This document shows positions 1-9,567 of a stretch of 64,000 bases of DNA, one piece after another. Numbering within the stretch: the stretch's first letter is position 1; each line of letters opens with the position of its first letter. Location of the stretch: contig CADCCP010000004.1 in assembly GCA_902800005.1 (NCBI GenBank), positions 3,773 to 67,772 on the forward strand. The letters are read 5' to 3'. Made by a program: the position numbers and the translations under genes. A model generated the notes under the pieces. That model ran no database searches. It was not told where the DNA came from and worked only from the letters and a program-made list of their open reading frames with translations. The stretch is from an uncultured Ruminococcus sp. Its GTDB lineage: Bacteria > Bacillota > Clostridia > Oscillospirales > Acutalibacteraceae.

Positions 1-514
1 CATTGTCTATTGCCTGTTCTGACTGTGAAGAAGATATATACTGATACTCACTTGAATACGCCTCAAATGTAAACAGATCGGTCACTTTCAGTATTTTTGT
101 TTTCTCTCCGCAAGTCACAGCTATATCATTTGCTGTCAGATTCTCTGCATTGTATGACTTTGCAAGTGTCGGCTCTGTCACTATATCCACATATTCTACA
201 CTTATCATTCCATTCGACAGCTTTGCCATTTCAGCGACTATAACAGATGTCTGCTTGCAGTACGGATCACGGTTCTCATAATCCCTTTTCTCAGACATAA
301 ATGTTATCTTTACTTTTTTTCCCATATTCTCTGCTATCGTCTTTGACTGCTCTGAAAGCTGAAATGCCTGCATTGATGTTATGTCAGCCGTAAATGCAGG
401 ATATTTTGCCACAAGCACTCCGGATATGACATTCACCAGCACTATCGCAGCGACCGCAAGCACCGTTATGACCAATGATATGATACTTTTTTTTCTTTTC
501 CTGTTCATGCCCAT
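1..514 (-). CDS. GldG-like ABC-transporter accessory membrane protein (N-terminal part only; gene runs off the window)
   Basis: Open - strand frame from ATG at 514 (or 508): MGMNRKRKKSIISLVITVLAVAAIVLVNVISGVLVAKYPAFTADITS..., with an N-terminal membrane anchor. Its start overlaps the stop (505-507) of the upstream ABC-2 permease. The ATPase/ABC-2 permease/GldG-like order is a common operon layout. It is absent from the ORF track because it is truncated. Confidence 0.5.
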   Translation of the reverse strand, partial: MGMNRKRKKSIISLVITVLAVAAIVLVNVISGVLVAKYPAFTADITSMQAFQLSEQSKTIAENMGKKVKITFMSEKRDYENRDPYCKQTSVIVAEMAKLSNGMISVEYVDIVTEPTLAKSYNAENLTANDIAVTCGEKTKILKVTDLFTFEAYSSEYQYISSSQSEQAIDN

Positions 515-1224
515 CTTCTCCTTTCAATTACCCTGTCGGTAAACAAAAGAAACATTGCCGCTATGCTGATGAAAAATACCACATCTGACAGCGATACTAT
601 CCCCAATGCAAAATTACTGTACTTTGTCTGGAAGGACAAGGATTCCAATATGCCTTTAAAAAACGGTGTGCTGACCGTTGAAGAAATACTGTCCACCATG
701 CTTATAACGACATTTACTGCAAATGAACCTACGGCAGCTATAACGATATTTTCCGTCAGAGATGATATGAACAAGCCTATTGCAATAAATGCCGAACCCA
801 TCATCACCATTGCAAGCACATTGCCGAAAATGACACTCCAATCAGGTGACGCTATGAATGAAAGCACTATCCCCTCTATGATATATGACGAAAGACATAT
901 CAACAACATCACCAATGCAGACAGATATTTTGCAATAACAATAGCAGGTATGCTTACGGGTGCGGTCAACAATGCCTGATCTGTTTTATATTTCTTGTCC
1001 TCTGAAAACAATTTCATCGTAATTAACGGTATCACGAACAGTACAATAAAAAACATACTTTGAAATACAGAATACATATTTGACGTACCTGTATTCAGAC
1101 ACTGAACGTAAAAGAAAAATCCGCTGAAACTCATGAATGCTGCTGTGACAACATATCCTACAGGCGAACTGAAATATGATGACAATTCTCTTTTCAATAT
1201 TGCAAACATATTATACCTCCTCAT
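505..1224 (-). CDS. ABC-2 type transporter permease
   Basis: 239 aa, about 6 hydrophobic helices. Overlaps the upstream ABC ATPase gene by 14 nt (operon). Confidence 0.75.
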   Translation of the reverse strand: MRRYNMFAILKRELSSYFSSPVGYVVTAAFMSFSGFFFYVQCLNTGTSNMYSVFQSMFFIVLFVIPLITMKLFSEDKKYKTDQALLTAPVSIPAIVIAKYLSALVMLLICLSSYIIEGIVLSFIASPDWSVIFGNVLAMVMMGSAFIAIGLFISSLTENIVIAAVGSFAVNVVISMVDSISSTVSTPFFKGILESLSFQTKYSNFALGIVSLSDVVFFISIAAMFLLFTDRVIERRRWA

Positions 1225-2146
1225 TTCCCGAAATGATATTCAGGAATGTTTCTTCCAGTGAGCGTCCTTCGGGCTGCATTAAAAGTATGATACCGTCTGC
1301 ACGGGCTATCGCTTTTGAGACGGCTCTCCTTACATCTGCCGTACTCTCCACGATAAATTCATAACAGCCTTTTTCCGATTCACCCATTTTTTTAACTTCA
1401 GTCACTCTGTCAACACTCTTTAATACAGAATATAAATTCTGTTCTCTGCCCTCTGCAACTATCTTTATTTTTCTTGTTTCGCTGCCGAGCTGTGTCAGAC
1501 TGTCCGTTTCACCGTCTGCAACTATTTTACCATTGTTAATAACAAGTATCTTATCGCATACCGCCTGCACCTCAGACAATACATGAGATGACAAAATAAC
1601 TGTATGCTTTTTACCCAAGTCTCTTACCAATTTTCTTATTTCAATTATCTGTGCAGGATCAAGTCCCGATGTAGGCTCGTCCAATATCAATACAGGAGGA
1701 TAACCCAATAATGCCTGTGCAATTCCGACTCTCTGTTTATATCCCTTTGACAAGTTCTTGATTATCCTGTCACCGACATCATCTATCTGCACCATCTCGC
1801 ATATCTCTTTGATATGCTCTTTCATGGACAATCTGACCTTCTTCAATTTATACATAAATTCCAGATATTTCTCCACCGTCATATCATTGTACAACGGCGG
1901 TACTTCGGGCAAATATCCTATATTCTTTTTTGCTTCAAGCGGTTCTTCCAGAATGTCATGTCCGTTTATTTTTACCGTTCCCGAATCGCTTGATATATAA
2001 CCTGTGATAATATTCATTGTAGTAGATTTTCCCGCACCGTTAGATCCGAGAAATCCAAGTATATCTCCCTCATTCAATTTAAAGCTGATATTGTCAAGGG
2101 CAAGATGTTTTCCGTAATGCTTTGTAATATTCTCTACCTCTATCAT
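1211..2146 (-). CDS. ABC transporter ATP-binding protein
   Basis: Walker A GSNGAGKST, signature LSKGYKQR, Walker B LILDEPTSGLD; 311 aa. Confidence 0.9.
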   Translation of the reverse strand: MIEVENITKHYGKHLALDNISFKLNEGDILGFLGSNGAGKSTTMNIITGYISSDSGTVKINGHDILEEPLEAKKNIGYLPEVPPLYNDMTVEKYLEFMYKLKKVRLSMKEHIKEICEMVQIDDVGDRIIKNLSKGYKQRVGIAQALLGYPPVLILDEPTSGLDPAQIIEIRKLVRDLGKKHTVILSSHVLSEVQAVCDKILVINNGKIVADGETDSLTQLGSETRKIKIVAEGREQNLYSVLKSVDRVTEVKKMGESEKGCYEFIVESTADVRRAVSKAIARADGIILLMQPEGRSLEETFLNIISGNEEV

Positions 2147-2159
2147 AAAAATTCACCTC

Positions 2160-2942
2160 TCAAATCTCTATCTCCAATACAACGGGACAATGGTCACTTC
2201 CGTGAACGTCCGACAAAATATCCGCATTTGTAATTTTATCTTTTATCCTGTCGGATACGATAAAGTAATCTATTCTCCATCCTGCATTGTTTTTTCTTGC
2301 ATTGAAACGGTATGACCACCAACTGTATCTGCCTGTATCGTTCGGGTGAAGATACCTGAATGTATCGACAAATCCGGAATTTAAAAGTTCTTCGATTTTA
2401 CCTCTCTCCTGATCGGAAAAACCTGCATTTCCCCTGTTGGCTTTGGGATTTTTCAAGTCAATTTCATTATGTGCCACATTCAAATCTCCGCAATATATAA
2501 CAGGCTTTTCCTTATCCAATTTCATAAGGTATTCCCTTAAATCGCTCTCCCACTGCATACGGTAATCTATTCTTAACAAACCGTCTTTTGCATTGGGCGT
2601 GTACACGTTCACGAGATAAAAATTCCCCATGTCAAGAGTTATCATTCTGCCTTCATGTGAATGTTCCTCTATCTCCATTCCGTTATAAACCACTGACAAA
2701 GGCTCTTTCACTGTAAATACCGCTGTACCCGAATATCCCTTTTTCTCCGCACTGTTGAAATACTTTTTATAATCGTCAAGAGGGACTTCCGCCTGATGTT
2801 CCTGCATTTTCGTTTCCTGCAAACATATAAAATCCGCTTTCTGTTCATTCACAAATTCAATGAAACCTTTCTGCATACAGGCTCTCAGTCCGTTGACATT
2901 CCATGATATGAATTTCGTTTTGACCATTCCTTTCTCTTTCAT
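2160..2942 (-). CDS. xth: exodeoxyribonuclease III (Xth/ExoA family AP endonuclease)
   Basis: FISWNVNGLRA, CLQETK, GDLNVAHNEIDL and SDHCPV motifs typical of the ExoIII/APE1 family. The start could instead be the internal MVKTK (2927). Confidence 0.9.
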   Translation of the reverse strand: MKEKGMVKTKFISWNVNGLRACMQKGFIEFVNEQKADFICLQETKMQEHQAEVPLDDYKKYFNSAEKKGYSGTAVFTVKEPLSVVYNGMEIEEHSHEGRMITLDMGNFYLVNVYTPNAKDGLLRIDYRMQWESDLREYLMKLDKEKPVIYCGDLNVAHNEIDLKNPKANRGNAGFSDQERGKIEELLNSGFVDTFRYLHPNDTGRYSWWSYRFNARKNNAGWRIDYFIVSDRIKDKITNADILSDVHGSDHCPVVLEIEI

Positions 2943-3002
2943 ATACTACACGATTATAACACAAACTATTTTATATAAGCAAGTCACTTATGAAATTTAA
3001 CA

Positions 3003-3030
3003 TTGAATTTTAGAAATATTTTGGTATAAT
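3003..3030 (+). promoter_or_regulatory. sigma-70-type promoter of the asparaginase-like gene
   Basis: TTGAAT (3003-3008), 16-nt spacer ending in TGg, then TATAAT (3025-3030), i.e. an extended -10. Confidence 0.55.
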
Positions 3031-3103
3031 GAGGAATGATAAATTAGGAATGAGGAATGAAAATCGAAAATCCCAAAACATTCCTCATTCCTCATTCCTC
3101 ATT
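3031..3103 (+). repeat. heptad-periodic inverted repeat (GGAATGA type) in a 5' UTR
   Basis: Left arm AGGAATGAGGAATGA (3046-3060) pairs with TCATTCCTCATTCCT inside the right arm (3079-3103, CATTCCT x3). The loop is aaatcgaaaatcccaaaac. The element lies between the promoter and the RBS of the 3123 gene. Confidence 0.8.
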
Positions 3104-3122
3104 TAAACGGAGATGATGTTTT

Positions 3123-4076
3123 ATGAAAAAAATACTTGTTGCCATGACGGGCGGTACAATAGGCTGTTACTCCCAAAACGGCATTATTTCTCTTAAAAAA
3201 AATAACTGCCGTGCAGTTGAACTCTTTCAAAAGCAATTCCCCGACAGTGCAGATTTTGAAATCGTACAGCCACTCAACATTTTAAGCGAAAATCTCGACA
3301 AATCCCATTGGGAAACACTTGTCAACTTTCTATGTGAAACGGACATTTCTCAATTTGACGGTATTATCATCACTCACGGCAGTGATACACTTTCCTATAC
3401 TTCCGCCATGCTCGCTATCTGTTTAAGACATTTTAAAATTCCCGTTGTCATCACTGCCGCCAATTATATTCCCGATGATAAAAGAAGTAATGCCGTTGAA
3501 AATATCCGTTCTGCCGTTGCTGTAATAAATGAATTTCCGCACGGTATTTTCACCGTCTATCAAAATCCCAATGACGATTTCACAACGGTTTATCTTTCAA
3601 CAGATATTCATGAAGCCGACAGATTTCTCGGTAAATTTTCTTCTTTCAAAAATTCACCTTTCGGAAAAGTCGTCAACGGCACTTTCACGAAAATTTCAAT
3701 TGACCGACTGCCCGAAGTTGCACAGCCTGTTTTTAACGGAAAACTTTCTTTAAAAAATGACGTTCTTATTATATGCCCGTATCCGTCAATGCTTTACTCG
3801 GCAATAAACATTCCCGAAAGCGTAAAAGCCGTTCTGCACATCACATACCATTCCTGTACGGCGAAAACTCTCGGAAATGAAAATGCCCTTGACTTTCTCG
3901 CACTCTGCAAGGCAAAAAATATTCCGTTTTACATGACTGCCGTGAAAGACAGCTCTCTCTATGAAACAAGCAATATTCTTTTGCAAAACGGTGCAATTCC
4001 CCTTTACGATATGTCAAATGAAATGTCCTTTTGCACACTTCTCGGAAAATACAATAACGGTCAGGAAATTTCCTGA
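3123..4076 (+). CDS. L-asparaginase family protein
   Basis: N-terminal MTGGTIG threonine-nucleophile motif and HGSDTLSYTS motif; 317 aa. Confidence 0.75.
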   Translation: MKKILVAMTGGTIGCYSQNGIISLKKNNCRAVELFQKQFPDSADFEIVQPLNILSENLDKSHWETLVNFLCETDISQFDGIIITHGSDTLSYTSAMLAICLRHFKIPVVITAANYIPDDKRSNAVENIRSAVAVINEFPHGIFTVYQNPNDDFTTVYLSTDIHEADRFLGKFSSFKNSPFGKVVNGTFTKISIDRLPEVAQPVFNGKLSLKNDVLIICPYPSMLYSAINIPESVKAVLHITYHSCTAKTLGNENALDFLALCKAKNIPFYMTAVKDSSLYETSNILLQNGAIPLYDMSNEMSFCTLLGKYNNGQEIS

Positions 4077-4087
4077 CCGTTTTGCTG

Positions 4088-5866
4088 TTAGTAGGATTTA
4101 AAATATCTTGTTTTTGCCGAAAGAAAATATTTTGGAATGATCTCTACACTTACATTTTCATTTTTGTCTTTCACTTCAAACGAATATTCAAATGTTTTAT
4201 TATCTCCCAAAGTTACCTGTTCCACGTTATCGGAAACATATTCCCCTCTGCTGTCTTTGATGTCATATACAAAATACCCCGTCTTTTCGGAAATTTCGGG
4301 AATATTAAGTTTACAGTTCATAAATACTTTTAATTCCATATAATGACGACCGTAACTTTCCATTTCCGAATAACCCTTTGATGTACTGAATGTCAAATTT
4401 TCTTTTGAAACTTCCGTACCGTCAATACAGTAAGATACAGGCTGATAAACACCGTAATTTTGCGTTTCCAAAATACCCGTTCCGTTGATAATAAACACAT
4501 CTTTGCTGTAAACATTTCCGTTTTCCGTGACGATTTCTTCCAGCGACACCATAAACGGCTTTTTGAGATCGGAAGTTATTTTAACTTGATAAGTATTCCC
4601 GACTTTTTCAGGCTCACTTATTTCAATAACAGGTTCATTTTCATCAACATCCGAATTTTTCGGATAAAGCAGTTCTTTCTCTATGATATTGCCGTTTTCG
4701 TCCTGCTTGAAATAAATGATACAATGACTGTCATCGGAACATGAAATTGTTTGATATTTATCCGGTTTGAAATTATGATGCCGTGTATTGATATAATCCG
4801 AATAATCGGCTGAATGTATCAGTTTAAAACCATTAATAATTTCATAAAAATCGTCATTTATGTCAATGATTTTTTTTGCTTGTTCAAGAGTCATTTTCGG
4901 CGGTACTTCATACGCCATTTTTATCGGTATATATCCTATCACATTCATATCAAATTCCACTTTGTCATCTTTCGCTTCATGCTCATCAGAGCTTGCATAA
5001 ATATAACTGCTATTCCCATAATTCCATATCCTTGAAAAAACGTATTTTGATTTATCCGATTTTTCCCCATTTATGATTTCCCGATAACCGTAAAGCAAAT
5101 AACCTTGCTGTTTACTGTCATCTTTCAAACTGATTTCTTCACTGCCCGAAAAAATATAATATGTTTTTCGTGCCATGCTGTCGAATGAACTTGATTGACT
5201 GACTTCAAGCGTTTCCTTAACTTTATAGTCATCTTCCGTCATGGATTCCGCTTCAATAAAAAATTTCGGAATGATTTTCAATTCAAATTCATCATTTTCA
5301 TCGCACTGTCCTAAATAATGACTGCCCGAACCTTTCCCGTCAACAACGGCAGTAATTTGCATAAGTTTATTGTCACCATTTTGAACATAGTATGCAAGCA
5401 ATCCGTTTTTATTTATATCCGTTTCAAAATCAAAATAAGCCCTTGCATAATATTTATCACGATTTTTCTCTTTTTTGTATTCCACATCACAGCTTTTCAA
5501 ATTGCTTTCGGAAACACTCTCCCCTATAAAGTAATGTTCGGGAGAGTAAACATCATAACCCGATTCGATTGCCTCGCCGTTTTCCATGAAAACATAAACT
5601 TCATTATATGCGTCCATGTAAGCGGATGTTGCACTGCACATCACTAAAAACGGCTCTTTATATTCCGATGTGAATTTAACGGCATTTTTCCCATTGGCAG
5701 CAACTATATATTCTGTATTGATTTTTACGTCGGGAAAATCTTTCTTTACACTGACCTCCGATACAACAATATTTTCGGGCATTGATGAGATCTCCGTATT
5801 TTCTCCGCATGAAACAAGCACAACTGCACTTACTGCCAACATCATACACAATATTCTTTTCAGCAT
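4088..5866 (-). CDS. lipoprotein of unknown function with internally duplicated terminal modules
   Basis: Signal peptide plus lipobox (AVVLVSCGEN) and a GGGGGAG RBS. No recognisable catalytic motif. Confidence 0.7.
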   Translation of the reverse strand: MLKRILCMMLAVSAVVLVSCGENTEISSMPENIVVSEVSVKKDFPDVKINTEYIVAANGKNAVKFTSEYKEPFLVMCSATSAYMDAYNEVYVFMENGEAIESGYDVYSPEHYFIGESVSESNLKSCDVEYKKEKNRDKYYARAYFDFETDINKNGLLAYYVQNGDNKLMQITAVVDGKGSGSHYLGQCDENDEFELKIIPKFFIEAESMTEDDYKVKETLEVSQSSSFDSMARKTYYIFSGSEEISLKDDSKQQGYLLYGYREIINGEKSDKSKYVFSRIWNYGNSSYIYASSDEHEAKDDKVEFDMNVIGYIPIKMAYEVPPKMTLEQAKKIIDINDDFYEIINGFKLIHSADYSDYINTRHHNFKPDKYQTISCSDDSHCIIYFKQDENGNIIEKELLYPKNSDVDENEPVIEISEPEKVGNTYQVKITSDLKKPFMVSLEEIVTENGNVYSKDVFIINGTGILETQNYGVYQPVSYCIDGTEVSKENLTFSTSKGYSEMESYGRHYMELKVFMNCKLNIPEISEKTGYFVYDIKDSRGEYVSDNVEQVTLGDNKTFEYSFEVKDKNENVSVEIIPKYFLSAKTRYFKSY

Positions 5867-5943
5867 ATTATCTCCCCCAGTTTTTAAAAAAGTGCCAGCC
5901 GAAAAAATATCCGACTGACACTCTAAAAAAATTGCTAATTGAA

Positions 5944-6807
5944 TTATGCCTTGTTAACTGAACCGAAAAGTTCCATTTTTTCTTTAACGGTAGCCTTGAT
6001 AGCTTCAAAGCCCGGTGCAAGAAGTTTTCTGGGATCAAATCCCTTGCCGTCAAGGTCTTTACCGGCTTCGATATACTTTCTTGTAGCTTCCTGGAATGAC
6101 AACTGACACTCTGTATTTACGTTTATCTTTGATACGCCGAGTTCGATAGCTTTCTTTATCATATCGGCAGGGATACCTGTACCGCCGTGAAGAACGAGAG
6201 GCATTTCACCTGTTTTTTCCTGAATAGCTGCGAGAGTTTCAAAGCTGAGTCCTTTCCAGTTAGCCGGATATTTGCCGTGAATGTTGCCGATACCTGCTGC
6301 AAGCATATCTACGCCCAGATCAGCTATTGTCTTGCACTCATCGGGATCTGCACATTCGCCCATGCCTACAACGCCGTCTTCTTCACCGCCGATAGAACCT
6401 ACTTCACACTCTATTGACAATCCGAGATTGTGTGCAACATTAACGAGTTCCTTTGATTTAGCGAGGTTTTCTTCAAACGGATAATGTGAACCGTCAAACA
6501 TGATGGAAGTAAAGCCTGCTTTTACGCACTTGTAGCAGCCTTCGTATGTACCGTGGTCAAGGTGGAGTGCAACGGGAACAGTAATTCCAAGAGATTCGTC
6601 CATAGCCTTTACCATAGCGGCAACTGTCTTAAAGCCTGTCATGTACTTGCCTGCACCCTCAGATACACCGAGAATAACAGGTGAATTGAGTTCCTGTGCA
6701 GTGAGAAGGATAGCCTTTGTCCATTCAAGGTTATTGATGTTGAACTGACCTACTGCATAATGACCTGCCTTTGCCTTTTTGAGCATTTCTGCTGCATTTA
6801 CCAACAT
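5944..6807 (-). CDS. fba: class II fructose-1,6-bisphosphate aldolase
   Basis: 287 aa with LHLDHG, GxxSIMFDGS and LVLHGGTG motifs of class II FBA. Confidence 0.92.
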   Translation of the reverse strand: MLVNAAEMLKKAKAGHYAVGQFNINNLEWTKAILLTAQELNSPVILGVSEGAGKYMTGFKTVAAMVKAMDESLGITVPVALHLDHGTYEGCYKCVKAGFTSIMFDGSHYPFEENLAKSKELVNVAHNLGLSIECEVGSIGGEEDGVVGMGECADPDECKTIADLGVDMLAAGIGNIHGKYPANWKGLSFETLAAIQEKTGEMPLVLHGGTGIPADMIKKAIELGVSKINVNTECQLSFQEATRKYIEAGKDLDGKGFDPRKLLAPGFEAIKATVKEKMELFGSVNKA

Positions 6808-7015
6808 TGTAAATCACTCTCCATGAATTTTTTTCCGTACACGAAATTATTCGCATACTTTTTATTTATTATACTATAAATAAAACAAAATTAAAAGCAA
6901 AATTTAAAAATTTTTTTAATTTTTTTGTAAATTTTACATATATATTGACTTTTGCCGAAAAAAGCGGTATTTTATATATGTTAATTTTTTAGAAAAAAGA
7001 TAAGGGGATATTCAA

Positions 7016-8212
7016 ATGCTTACATTGGATAAAGTTTATCATGCATCATACGTTCTGAAAGACGTTATCAGACCGACAGACATGATAAAAGCTACTAATC
7101 TTGCAGACGACTTTGAACTGTATCTCAAAACCGAGAACTTGCAGATAACAGGTGCTTTCAAAGCAAGAGGTGCTTATTACAAAATTTCACAGCTCTCCGA
7201 TGAGGAACGTGCAAGAGGTGTTATTGCCTGCTCTGCAGGAAATCATGCACAGGGCGTTGCACTTGCCGCTTCAAAATACGGCATCAAATCTCTGATATGT
7301 ATGCCCGACTCTGCACCTATCTCAAAAGTTGAGGCTACCAAAAGTTACGGTGCAGAAGTATGTCTTGTAGAAGGCACTTATGACGATGCACATGATAAAG
7401 CTGTTGAGCTTCAGCAAAAGACAGGTGCAACTTTTATTCACCCGTTTGACGATGAACTCGTTATTGCAGGTCAGGGTACTATCGGTCTTGAGATCCTTGA
7501 ACAGCTTGCAGACGTTGATGCCATAATCGTACCTATAGGCGGCGGCGGTTTGATAAGCGGTGTTGCATTTGCCGTAAAATCACTCAACCCGAATGTCAAA
7601 ATATACGGCGTACAGTCTGCCGGTGCCCCCTCTATGTATATATCTATGGCTCACGGTCAGATCGAAACTTTACCCGGTGTCAACACATTTGCAGACGGTA
7701 TCGCTGTAAAAACTCCCGGTGAACTCACATTTGACATTTGCAGCAAATACGTTGATGAGATAATGACCGTCACAGATGATGAAACTGCAACTGCTATTCT
7801 CTCTCTTATCGAAAAGCAAAAACTCATTTCAGAGGGTGCAGGTGCTGTATCCGTTGCGGCAGCTCTCTTTAACAAGTTCCCGCTCAAAGGTAAAAAAGTC
7901 TGCTGTCTGGTATCGGGCGGTAATATCGATGTTACCATTCTTTCAAGAGTTATTGACAGGGGCTTGCAGAAAACAGGCAGACTCGCTGAATTTACCGTTG
8001 CCCTTACGGACAAGCCAGGTGAACTCAATACCGTTTCAAGGATCATTTCCAAACTCGGTGCAAACGTCGTTGCCGTCAGCCATGACAGGGCAGACCTCAA
8101 TACAGACATAAATTCATGTTATCTTCGTCTGTCGCTTGAGACTCGCAACCACGAGCATATACAGAAAATAAAGGACGAACTCGCCAGACACGGCTACAAG
8201 ATCGTTCAATAA
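7016..8212 (+). CDS. ilvA: threonine ammonia-lyase (threonine dehydratase) with C-terminal ACT-like domain
   Basis: PLP lysine motif TGAFKARGA, SAGNHAQGVA and the GGGGL glycine loop; 398 aa. Followed by ridA. Confidence 0.85.
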   Translation: MLTLDKVYHASYVLKDVIRPTDMIKATNLADDFELYLKTENLQITGAFKARGAYYKISQLSDEERARGVIACSAGNHAQGVALAASKYGIKSLICMPDSAPISKVEATKSYGAEVCLVEGTYDDAHDKAVELQQKTGATFIHPFDDELVIAGQGTIGLEILEQLADVDAIIVPIGGGGLISGVAFAVKSLNPNVKIYGVQSAGAPSMYISMAHGQIETLPGVNTFADGIAVKTPGELTFDICSKYVDEIMTVTDDETATAILSLIEKQKLISEGAGAVSVAAALFNKFPLKGKKVCCLVSGGNIDVTILSRVIDRGLQKTGRLAEFTVALTDKPGELNTVSRIISKLGANVVAVSHDRADLNTDINSCYLRLSLETRNHEHIQKIKDELARHGYKIVQ

Positions 8213-8214
8213 AA

Positions 8215-8318
8215 AGTGTGGAGAGTGAAGAGTGGAGAGTGGAGTTTATTTAAAACCGATTTTTTCTTGAAATTCGGGTTAAAAACCGCTCCACTCTCCA
8301 CTCTCAACACTCCACTCT
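8215..8318 (+). repeat. heptad-periodic inverted repeat (GAGTGGA type) between ilvA and ridA
   Basis: Left arm is four 7-mers GTGTGGA GAGTGAA GAGTGGA GAGTGGA (8216-8243). Right arm is TCCACTC TCCACTC TCAACAC TCCACTC (8290-8317). The inner 15 bp pair perfectly, with a 45-nt spacer. Confidence 0.85.
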
Positions 8319-8339
8319 AAACGGAAAGGAAGTATTTTT

Positions 8340-8714
8340 ATGTCAGAAGTAGTTTACACAAAAAACGCCCCCGATGCAATAGGTCCTTATTCACAGGCTA
8401 TCAAAACTAACGGACTTGTTTTTACATCAGGACAAATTGCCATCAATCCCGCAACAGGAAATGTTGAATCCGACACTATCGAGGGACAAACAGAACAGGT
8501 CATGCAGAATCTCAAAAATCTGCTTGAAGCATCAGGTTCATCTCTTGAAAAGGCTGTAAAAACAGTTTGTTTCCTTGCAGATATGAATGACTTCGGAGCT
8601 TTCAATGCTATCTATGGAAAGTACTTTACAGGCAAACCTGCACGTTCATGTGTAGCTGTCAAGACTCTCCCCAAAAATGTCCTCTGTGAAGTTGAAGTTA
8701 TCGCCGAGTGCTGA
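8340..8714 (+). CDS. ridA: RidA family reactive-intermediate (enamine/imine) deaminase
   Basis: 124 aa YjgF/RidA pattern (APDAIGPYSQA, ARSCVAV, VEVIAE), located downstream of threonine dehydratase. Confidence 0.85.
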   Translation: MSEVVYTKNAPDAIGPYSQAIKTNGLVFTSGQIAINPATGNVESDTIEGQTEQVMQNLKNLLEASGSSLEKAVKTVCFLADMNDFGAFNAIYGKYFTGKPARSCVAVKTLPKNVLCEVEVIAEC

Positions 8715-8794
8715 AAACAATAATTTCAAAATGCCTTGCCGAGTGATTTCGGCATGGCATTTTTTATAAACTCATCAAATAAGGAGATATTTCC

Positions 8795-9487
8795 ATGCTT
8801 AAATTTTTCGGAAACGGCTCTGCTTTTGCAGACACCAACACCTGTGCATACTTCATACAAAACCATGACATGATCATTATCGATTTTTCTCAAAGTGCTT
8901 TCCCGAAATTCAGAAACCTTGATTTTTCGGACATAAGTAAAATATACATACTCGTTACACACACTCACGGCGACCATATAAGCGGTATCGGTACACTTAT
9001 ACATTATGCGTATTTCATTTTAAAAATCCCCGTTACCGTTGTAGCACCGTGCAGTGATGTTGCAGATGAATTAAAAGAACTTTTAAATCGCATTGAGGGG
9101 TGTATTCCTGACGGTTATAAGGTAATTTTGCCCTATGAAGTCAATCAAAATTGGTTTACTGCGGCAATACCTACGGAACATTCCGAACAACATATCAAAA
9201 AATGTTTCGGATATGCCCTTTCCATCAATTCATCTTCGGTCATTTATACAGGCGATACAAAAATATTATCCCCCTATCTCCCATATCTTCACGGCAATAA
9301 TACATATCTTTACACCGAAATATCCGCCCATAACAGCGGCGTACATCTTTACATAAATGACTTTTTTGACACTTTAAATGAACTTTGTCAAAACGGCATT
9401 AAGGTATATCTTATGCACATTGACGACAAAGCCGCCATTGAACAGAAAATTAAAGGTACTGCTCTTAAAATCGTCGATACAATATAA
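8795..9487 (+). CDS. MBL-fold metallo-hydrolase
   Basis: HTHGDH (HxHxDH) motif; 230 aa. Confidence 0.7.
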   Translation: MLKFFGNGSAFADTNTCAYFIQNHDMIIIDFSQSAFPKFRNLDFSDISKIYILVTHTHGDHISGIGTLIHYAYFILKIPVTVVAPCSDVADELKELLNRIEGCIPDGYKVILPYEVNQNWFTAAIPTEHSEQHIKKCFGYALSINSSSVIYTGDTKILSPYLPYLHGNNTYLYTEISAHNSGVHLYINDFFDTLNELCQNGIKVYLMHIDDKAAIEQKIKGTALKIVDTI

Positions 9488-9491
9488 AAAA

Positions 9492-9528
9492 CGGTCTGTA
9501 TGACATTCCATACAGACCGCTGTTTTTA
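9492..9528 (+). terminator. rho-independent terminator
   Basis: CGGTCTGTATG / CATACAGACCG stem (11 bp) followed by CTGTTTTTA. Confidence 0.8.
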
Positions 9529-9567
9529 TTTGATGTTTTTTTCGCAAACTTTGAGTTCCGACTTAAT

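Noticed and set aside
8215-8318. CRISPR array (also considered for 9568-9604, 20359-20470 and 55105-55134)
   Set aside because: The period is 7 nt with no spacers, the arms are inverted rather than direct at long range, and there are no cas genes in the window.
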